From Bacilli bacterium (GTDB lineage Bacteria > Bacillota_I > Bacilli_A > RF39 > UBA660), in contig JAFZWF010000018.1 in assembly GCA_017617435.1 (NCBI GenBank), forward strand, positions 52,642-116,641: a stretch of 64,000 bases of DNA, given 5' to 3'. The translations under genes and the position numbers were made by a program. The notes beneath the pieces are model-generated. The model was not told the DNA's origin, did no database searches, and saw only the letters and a list, made by a program, of their open reading frames with translations. This document shows, piece after piece, positions 57,311 through 64,000 of this stretch (position 1 is the first letter of the stretch; every line of letters begins with the position of its first letter).

Positions 57311-59035
57311 TTAATTAATAAATTGAGTAAATTTCTTCCACTCATAATCATCAAAGAATGCTCGATCAATTTTGCCACTATTTAAAGCTTCTTTAAACTC
57401 TTTTTTTGCAAAATTAATCATTTCTTCTTTATCTTCGCCTTTAGCCATATCTATTGTCCACAAAAATGAATAGAATCTTCTATAATTAAAACTTCCCCAC
57501 ATTCTTGTAGTAGTATCTGTTCGATATTCAAGATATTGTTTATTTAATTCCCATTCTTTTACAGATTTTTCGACTAATTTTTTTGAATTGTAGTGAATAG
57601 ATGAACCAGGGTTATCTTGACGCCACATATAGAACGGTTTATCTAAAAAATATACTTTTCTTGCATCATATAATGTTTTTAGATACCATCCAACATCTTG
57701 ATATGAACCGCCAGGTGTTTCGTGATGTCTAATTTGATAGAAATCTAAAAATTCTTTTTTATAAATACCTGACCAACTTCTTAAACCAGTATGATATGGA
57801 CTAACATCATATTTAGGATCTAATACCCTGTTATAAATTGGATTACAATATGTTATTGATTCTCTAACTAATTGTTCATCTTCAGGCATTCCTGAATAAT
57901 AGAAGAAAATATCACTTCTTATCCAGTCTAGATCATTTTCTTTAGCAATTTTATAAAGAGTTTCATACATTTCAGGTTTAATACAATCATCAGACTCAAC
58001 AATTCCAATGTATTCACCTTTTGCCATATCCATACATTCATTTACAGATTCTCCATAGCCAGAACCATCACGGCTGATTACTTTTACTCTCTTGTCTTTT
58101 TGTTCATATTCTTTAAGTATTTCAAGGGATCCATCATTTGAACCTCCATCACCACAAATTACTTCTATTTCTTTCATGGTTTGATTTAAAATGCTATCTA
58201 AACATTCCCTTAAAAATGGTCTAACATTAAATACTGGAACAACTACAGTAACTTTTGGATTTACTGTTTCTGGTATAACTGTATTTTTATTATTTTTCTC
58301 AAGTTTTTTACATAAATTATCAGCATCTAATTTATAATCATTACGTTCTTTAGATAACTTTTTAATTTGTTCTTGATATTCTTCAGTAAGTTTTTCTAGT
58401 TTTGCAGGATGAACAATATCTAATGGTTTCATCGATTCAGAAAACAACTTAATTACTTCATTGTAGCGATTATTCTTAACAAATAAAACCATGTTTTGTC
58501 TATACCAAAATGCTATATTTTTATCATCCCAGAAATTAGCTCTAATACCATCTATTATTCTATAGCCATATTTTTCAAATCTTTTTACCCAGTATGAAGG
58601 ATATTGTTCATTAACATGATGAGTTCCTCCTTGTTCTGGAATAGCACATGAAAATAAAATAATATCAGATCCATTAGTTAAATTTTTTAAAAACGTTTCA
58701 CTTTTATCTTCGTAAATATGTTCTGCAACTTCAAGACAAATTGCAAGATCATATTTTTTATTTAATTTAATATCGCTTGTTAAATCACATGATTTAAATT
58801 CGTTTTTATCTATAATTTGCCATGAATTATCTACGTACTCACCATCTAACCCTAAAACTTCTTTACAGCCATTTTGTTTTGCAACATTAAGCCAAGTGCC
58901 AGCTCCGCATCCAAAATCAACAATACTTTTAGGATTTAATTTATCTAAAACAAATGGTAGTATTTTTTCAGCAGATACTATATCTTTTTTATTGGTTTCA
59001 TAAAAGTTCTTATCATAAAGTTTGTTATTACTCAT
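57311..59035 (-). CDS. fusion protein: class I SAM-dependent methyltransferase and family 2 glycosyltransferase
   Basis: N-terminal motif I VDFGCGAGTW, coiled linker, then VTVVVPVFNVRPFL, GDGGSNDGS and VESDD. Confidence 0.8.
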   Translation of the reverse strand: MSNNKLYDKNFYETNKKDIVSAEKILPFVLDKLNPKSIVDFGCGAGTWLNVAKQNGCKEVLGLDGEYVDNSWQIIDKNEFKSCDLTSDIKLNKKYDLAICLEVAEHIYEDKSETFLKNLTNGSDIILFSCAIPEQGGTHHVNEQYPSYWVKRFEKYGYRIIDGIRANFWDDKNIAFWYRQNMVLFVKNNRYNEVIKLFSESMKPLDIVHPAKLEKLTEEYQEQIKKLSKERNDYKLDADNLCKKLEKNNKNTVIPETVNPKVTVVVPVFNVRPFLRECLDSILNQTMKEIEVICGDGGSNDGSLEILKEYEQKDKRVKVISRDGSGYGESVNECMDMAKGEYIGIVESDDCIKPEMYETLYKIAKENDLDWIRSDIFFYYSGMPEDEQLVRESITYCNPIYNRVLDPKYDVSPYHTGLRSWSGIYKKEFLDFYQIRHHETPGGSYQDVGWYLKTLYDARKVYFLDKPFYMWRQDNPGSSIHYNSKKLVEKSVKEWELNKQYLEYRTDTTTRMWGSFNYRRFYSFLWTIDMAKGEDKEEMINFAKKEFKEALNSGKIDRAFFDDYEWKKFTQFIN

Positions 59036-59042
59036 AAGACAC

Positions 59043-60176
59043 CTACTTTAAATGAAGAAGAGTTAATATTTTCTTTGGTAACCAAAGTACTAATCTTCCT
59101 ACTTTAAATGTTTTAGAATTATATAATCCGCAATATGCTTCTTTGTAGTCAATTGATTTTTCATTAATTTGATTATTAATTAAGTTATATAAAGGAGTTA
59201 ATATAAAATAATCTTCTCCTTTAATACACATTGTTTTTAAACCATAATTTGGGAAATTCATTGCATCAATAATACATGAGGTTGGCATTCTTTTTACAAC
59301 ACTATATAGTATTTCGTTATCAACTTCTTTTTGTAAATCAAGTAATAATTCTAATAATTTGAAATATCCATGTCTAATATGATTTTCAAATTGAGGGCCA
59401 TATTCATAATTTATTCTTTGTATAACCATATAATATAAATTATATAAATGATTTTCTTTTGCAAATCTCAACTCATCAATTAATGATTGTAATGCTTCAT
59501 AACATACTGAACTTGACCATGAATATGATTCATGGCAACGATAACAGTATAGTTCAACAGGAACTACATAAAATCTTTCAGCAGCAAGCATTGCTCTTAC
59601 AAAGAAATGAGTGTCATCATATGCTCTAGTTTCTGCAAACCTTGCACCACAACTCATTATCATTTCTCTATCATAAATATAACTATGGAAATGATAATCA
59701 TATTGAACATCTTTATAATAAAATAAACGTCCTTTAGGAAAGCCTACTAAGAAAGGTCTATGAAGAGTAATTTCTTCAAGTTCACCATTCATAGTTAGAA
59801 CTTTTCTTAAAGCGCCACATACTTTAACATTATGTTCTTTTGCACCATTGTACATTTTTTCTAAAGCATTTTTATCTAGATAATAGTCATCACCATCTAA
59901 GAATGTGATATATTCGCCGATTGAATTTTTTATACCACAGTTTTTAGCAGCACCAATCCCAGGACGGTCTTGATCATATATTTTTAATCTTTTATCTTTT
60001 TTTTGAAAATCTTTTAAAATTTGTAATGTATTATCTTTTGATTCAGCATACACAGTTACTATTTCTAAATCTTTAAGGGTTTGTTCAGTAATACTTTTTA
60101 AACACTCTTTTAAATGTTCTTCTACATTTTTTACTGTAATAATAACAGATATTAATGGTTTTTTACTATTTGCCAT
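59043..60176 (-). CDS. family 2 glycosyltransferase
   Basis: ISVIITVKNVEEHL, LDGDD. Confidence 0.8.
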   Translation of the reverse strand: MANSKKPLISVIITVKNVEEHLKECLKSITEQTLKDLEIVTVYAESKDNTLQILKDFQKKDKRLKIYDQDRPGIGAAKNCGIKNSIGEYITFLDGDDYYLDKNALEKMYNGAKEHNVKVCGALRKVLTMNGELEEITLHRPFLVGFPKGRLFYYKDVQYDYHFHSYIYDREMIMSCGARFAETRAYDDTHFFVRAMLAAERFYVVPVELYCYRCHESYSWSSSVCYEALQSLIDELRFAKENHLYNLYYMVIQRINYEYGPQFENHIRHGYFKLLELLLDLQKEVDNEILYSVVKRMPTSCIIDAMNFPNYGLKTMCIKGEDYFILTPLYNLINNQINEKSIDYKEAYCGLYNSKTFKVGRLVLWLPKKILTLLHLK

Positions 60177-61504
60177 TATTTTTCACCTACATTTTCCACA
60201 ATTCTATTTTTTAATTCTAAACTTTCCCTTAATATTCTATCCATATTCCAATATTCGAAATTACCAAATCTACCATTTAGAATTATTCCTTCTTTATTAT
60301 AGAAGTCTCTAATAAATTCCATATTACTTGTGTGATTTAAATCATAAATTACATAAGCATATTGGTATTTAGTAATATCAATGAATTCTACGTCTTTTTC
60401 ATCTTTTGCAAATCCAATAGTAACTAAACCATCTTTGATTGCTTTTTTGAAGTCTTCTTCACTCATTGTATCAACTTGATCATTTTTACGATAAGTAACT
60501 TCAATCATGTATGTTGCTTCTTCTTTGCTATGATGATATTCATCTCCTAAGAAGTCCATTTTAGAAATCCTATGAAAAATAACATTTTTATCAGGTATCA
60601 TAAAAGCAAAGTTTTCACCACATAAATCATATGGTAATTTAACAAAACTTATAATGATTGAATTATATCTTAAATCAGCAACTTTTTCTTTTAACTCTTC
60701 AGTTGCATCTTTATATGCACTTGTTAAAGCTTGAACTGGTATAGTCGAAATAACAAGATCAGCTTCATAAGTTTTTTCACCTGCAGTAACATAATATACA
60801 TCATTTTTCTTTTCAATTTTTGTTACTTTAGAATCAGTTACAACTTTACATTTATTTTTATCTAATCTTCTCAAAAAACCGTTAGGTACTGCTTCGATTC
60901 CACCTTTAGTTGGAAAACTGAAATATAATTGGTGTAAGTATCCTTGAATAGTTTCTCCAGCAGCACTTCTTCTTATTTCTTCTTCAGTAGGTTTTGGAAT
61001 TCTATCAACCATTGAAGTATTCATAAATGCTGGATCATATTTCCAAATTTTCTCATTATATGGTCTTAAATATGTATTTGTAATACCTTCACCAAATGTT
61101 TTTAAGAAAAATTGAATCATATTTGTAGCATTATAATTTTCATATGGATTATGATTAAATGCATTAATACAATAATGCAAATCATCTTTGGGTAATTTTG
61201 ATAAGTCATTTTCAAATGGATATTGAACTTTAATACCTTTATATAATATTTGATTACTTCTAACTAAATCATTTTTTCCTTCATCTAAAACACTTAACAT
61301 TAATTCAAGCATTTCTTTATCTTTACTAAATAAAATATGAGGTCCAATATCATAAATGTAACCATTCTTTTTAATACTACGACATAAGCCACCTGGTGTT
61401 GATTCCATTTCAAGTAATGTTATGTCATCAAACCCTTTTTCTTCTTGTAAAAAATAAGCTGTACTTATTCCAGATAATCCAGCTCCTAAAATTATTGTCT
61501 TCAT
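60176..61504 (-). CDS. FAD-dependent amine-oxidase-fold protein, sugar-nucleotide pyranose/furanose mutase-like
   Basis: IILGAGLSGIST FAD loop, GPHILFS, and C-terminal NGRFGNFEYWNMDRIL resembling the Glf GGRLAEYKYYDMD motif. Confidence 0.6.
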   Translation of the reverse strand: MKTIILGAGLSGISTAYFLQEEKGFDDITLLEMESTPGGLCRSIKKNGYIYDIGPHILFSKDKEMLELMLSVLDEGKNDLVRSNQILYKGIKVQYPFENDLSKLPKDDLHYCINAFNHNPYENYNATNMIQFFLKTFGEGITNTYLRPYNEKIWKYDPAFMNTSMVDRIPKPTEEEIRRSAAGETIQGYLHQLYFSFPTKGGIEAVPNGFLRRLDKNKCKVVTDSKVTKIEKKNDVYYVTAGEKTYEADLVISTIPVQALTSAYKDATEELKEKVADLRYNSIIISFVKLPYDLCGENFAFMIPDKNVIFHRISKMDFLGDEYHHSKEEATYMIEVTYRKNDQVDTMSEEDFKKAIKDGLVTIGFAKDEKDVEFIDITKYQYAYVIYDLNHTSNMEFIRDFYNKEGIILNGRFGNFEYWNMDRILRESLELKNRIVENVGEK

Positions 61505-61598
61505 ATCTAGCCTTTCCTCAATGTAGTATAACTACAATAACACTATTATATAATACTTTTAACCTTTATTCAATGTAAACAACTACATATAACATATT

Positions 61599-61628
61599 AA
61601 AAAAAGATTTATTAATTATAAATCTTTT
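61599..61628 (-). terminator. rho-independent terminator after the acyltransferase gene
   Basis: AAAAGATTTAT (61602-61612) pairs with ATAAATCTTTT (61618-61628). The hairpin overlaps the stop codon. Confidence 0.7.
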
Positions 61629-62758
61629 TTACTAAATACTATTTGAAATGCTTTTTTTATTATTCCAGTAATATAAGCTATTAATAAGGAAACACCTAAA
61701 CCAGCAATTACATATAAAATATCAAATGCTGGATGACCGTAAGGATATACCCTATAAAATTGACTTGACCTAAACCCATCATAATTAAATGAAATGCTAC
61801 TAACAAAATTTGATAATTTAAAAAAAATTAAATTTAATAGGAAGAAGCCAAACATCTGATGCATCATTACACTAAATGAATTCTTTTGAATATATATTAC
61901 TAATTTTCTTTTTCCTAATGAATCACATAGTATTTTTGATAATCTTAAATATAACGCAATACCATTAATTGCTAAAATTATTGTTATTAAACTATTTTGA
62001 GTAAATGTACCATTATAAATAAAAGCATTCATTTCATGACCATTATTAATTATTAATATCGCAAACTGTATTAAAAATATTATTGCAAAATATAATAAAC
62101 TTGGTAAATTATCATGTTTTTCTAAATATTTTTTGTAAATAATGCCTAAACTAACCCAAAACATCATATACAAAGTTCTCGTAGCAAAAACAATAGTAGC
62201 AGTTTTTTCATAATTTTTAGATATATATATAGCTAAAAATGCCCCTACTAAAGTTAGCATCGATATTATTATATGTTTACTTTTAAGTTTATTAAAAATT
62301 AAATATAAAATATAAACAAATAATTCTACCCAAAAAAGCATCAATACAAACCAAGCTGGAGAGTTAAAACCAAAGAAATCAGTACCATAAGTAAATGGCT
62401 GAACAATTAAATAATGCCAAAAATTATTGCCATTACACCAAACAAAATTAAATTTGTAATATAAAATAACTGCTAGTAACCCATATAAAAGGTTAAAAAC
62501 AAAAAATGGAATAATCAATTTTTTTATCTTTTTTTTTAGAAAAGCACCCATATTACTTAAACAAATATCATGTGTTTTAAAAAAATATCCTGATATAAAT
62601 ACAAATAGTGGCATATGAAAAGTGTCAAAATGAAATAGCCATTCAAATGTTCCTAGTGATATACCAGTATGACCAAAAATTACTAACATGGTGGCCAAAA
62701 ATGTTAAAACGCCAAATTGAACATTATATTCTTTCATACTAGCTTCGTCCTTAGCCAT
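61616..62758 (-). CDS. acyltransferase family 3 membrane protein (probable glycan O-acetyltransferase)
   Basis: 380 aa with about 10 TM helices. N-terminal FGH...H motif region is typical of Acyl_transf_3. Confidence 0.7.
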   Translation of the reverse strand: MAKDEASMKEYNVQFGVLTFLATMLVIFGHTGISLGTFEWLFHFDTFHMPLFVFISGYFFKTHDICLSNMGAFLKKKIKKLIIPFFVFNLLYGLLAVILYYKFNFVWCNGNNFWHYLIVQPFTYGTDFFGFNSPAWFVLMLFWVELFVYILYLIFNKLKSKHIIISMLTLVGAFLAIYISKNYEKTATIVFATRTLYMMFWVSLGIIYKKYLEKHDNLPSLLYFAIIFLIQFAILIINNGHEMNAFIYNGTFTQNSLITIILAINGIALYLRLSKILCDSLGKRKLVIYIQKNSFSVMMHQMFGFFLLNLIFFKLSNFVSSISFNYDGFRSSQFYRVYPYGHPAFDILYVIAGLGVSLLIAYITGIIKKAFQIVFSKKDL

Positions 62759-62785
62759 TACTAACCTCCAAAATCACTTTTTTAA

Positions 62786-63400
62786 TTAATGTTTATCATT
62801 AATGTTTTCGCCTGTTAATTTATCACAAACTAATAAGTTATAGAAAATTTTCATCATCATGTGATCAAATGTCATATGTAAGTCTTCATCAATTTGCATA
62901 TCGCATTCATCTACATGCATTCTATAGTCAGCTAATTCTTTTAATTTACCACCAGTATAACCAGTAATACCAACTACTTTAGCACCTTTTTCTTTTGCAT
63001 ATTCAGCAGCATTTAATACATTTTTAGAATTTCCTGAACCACTAATACCAATAAATAAATCTTTATCAGTTATTTTATTAGTAATTTGAAATCTAAATAC
63101 TTCTTCATATCCAATATCGTTTGCTATAGCCATTAAAGTAGCTACATTATCATTTAAACAATAAAATCTAAATTTATTATCTATATATTCAGAAATACCT
63201 TTATTAAAATCATTTTGAAAATGAGATGCAGTTGATGCACTACCACCATTACCACAAATATAAATAGTTCCTTGATTTTTATATGTTTCATAAATAGCAT
63301 TCATAGCTTCATTTATTTCATCTAGATCAAGATTATTTATTACTCTTATTTCTCTTTCATAATACTCTTTAATTGCATTTTTAAAATCTACTTTTTCCAT
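62786..63400 (-). CDS. gmhA: D-sedoheptulose-7-phosphate isomerase (SIS domain)
   Basis: ICGNGGSASTASHF, GISGSGNSKNV, GITG. About 200 aa and adjacent to gmhB. Confidence 0.8.
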   Translation of the reverse strand: MEKVDFKNAIKEYYEREIRVINNLDLDEINEAMNAIYETYKNQGTIYICGNGGSASTASHFQNDFNKGISEYIDNKFRFYCLNDNVATLMAIANDIGYEEVFRFQITNKITDKDLFIGISGSGNSKNVLNAAEYAKEKGAKVVGITGYTGGKLKELADYRMHVDECDMQIDEDLHMTFDHMMMKIFYNLLVCDKLTGENINDKH

Positions 63401-64000
63401 TACTGTCTTTTCCTTCCATTTTCTCTATTTAAAACTGTTTCTACAGCTTCTTTTAAATCTTCACATACATATGTTGGATTTACAACATATTTGTTATCTT
63501 TTCCACCTTGACCAGTTTTAACTAGAACACTTGTTATCCCTCCAGCATTTTCTGCCATCTTAATATCAAGGGTTGAATCACCAATAATAATCGATTGTGA
63601 TAAATCAATATTGAAATCTTTAACAGCTTGTAAAAGCATTCCAATTTTAGGTTTTCTACAGTCACAATCAAATTTTAATTCTGGTCTTTCACCTTCAAAA
63701 CCTTTGTCAGGATGATGAGGGCAGTAATATAGTCCATTAATATATGCTCCTTCATCTCCTAAAAGTTTTTCCATTTTCATATGAACCTCATTAAGTTCTT
63801 CTTCAGTAACTTCTCCTCTTGCAATTACAGGTTGGTTAGTTACTACAATACATAAATAATCAGAATTATTTATTTCTTTTATTGCTTCAGCAACACCAGG
63901 AATTAATTCAAAATCATCTATATTTCTCATAAATCCTATATGTTTATTTATAGTTCCATCTCTATCTAAAAATATGCATTTTTGTTTATTTGATAGATTT
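63400..64000 (-). CDS. gmhB: D-glycero-D-manno-heptose 1,7-bisphosphate phosphatase (HAD-IIIA); 5' end runs off the window
   Basis: The frame stays open upstream of the track start (63930) and encodes FLDRDGTIN (HAD motif I) at about 63950-63976. Also VVTNQP, zinc-finger-like CPHHP...CDCRKP and GDSTLD. Confidence 0.8.
   Translation of the reverse strand, partial: NLSNKQKCIFLDRDGTINKHIGFMRNIDDFELIPGVAEAIKEINNSDYLCIVVTNQPVIARGEVTEEELNEVHMKMEKLLGDEGAYINGLYYCPHHPDKGFEGERPELKFDCDCRKPKIGMLLQAVKDFNIDLSQSIIIGDSTLDIKMAENAGGITSVLVKTGQGGKDNKYVVNPTYVCEDLKEAVETVLNRENGRKRQ

Noticed and set aside
1-64000. Alternative genetic code (TGA read as Trp, as in many Mollicutes), CRISPR arrays, and tRNA or rRNA genes.
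   Set aside because: Long uninterrupted ORFs with full-length family motifs are obtained with the standard code. TGA terminates genes (for example at 56311-56313) and Trp positions use TGG. No repeat-spacer periodicity and no tRNA T-arm or rRNA-like conserved segments were seen.

Overview
A very AT-rich, gene-dense 64 kb window that uses the standard genetic code: TGA acts as a stop and Trp is TGG. Composition and gene content suggest a low-GC Bacillota lineage (Erysipelotrichia or walled Mollicutes-like), but I cannot name the organism. No rRNA, tRNA, CRISPR array, integrase or transposase was seen. Layout: (1) 1-6.2 kb holds the asnS 3' end, gatCAB and a MacB-type fused ABC transporter. (2) 6.2-10.2 kb holds a monocistronic HerA/DUF87 ATPase followed by a two-gene ORFan operon. 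(3) 10.2-15.8 kb holds an orphan promoter-to-terminator structured RNA, then a translationally coupled tcdA plus two more fused ABC ATPase-FtsX genes. (4) 15.8-30.7 kb interleaves housekeeping genes (gpsA, rarA, zupT, mnmA) with more than 20 small lineage-specific ORFs. This block includes two tandem type-I-toxin-like micro-cassettes, a 22-nt-identical promoter/5'-UTR module present three times, and a tandem three-member membrane-protein family. (5) 30.7-64 kb is almost entirely minus-strand cell-envelope glycan genes: a PssA-LtaS-like fusion, a Wzy/ligase-like-GT4 fusion, a Glf/Wzx/Wzy/pyruvyltransferase locus, GtrA/GtrB/GT-C plus LCP, and a second GT2-rich locus with GmhA/GmhB heptose genes. 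The two glycan loci are separated by dinD and two flavoproteins. Several longest ORFs in the supplied track start at a GTG or TTG that overlaps the Shine-Dalgarno sequence. For these I give the downstream ATG that has proper SD spacing. All functional calls rest on motifs read by eye, and no database search was possible.
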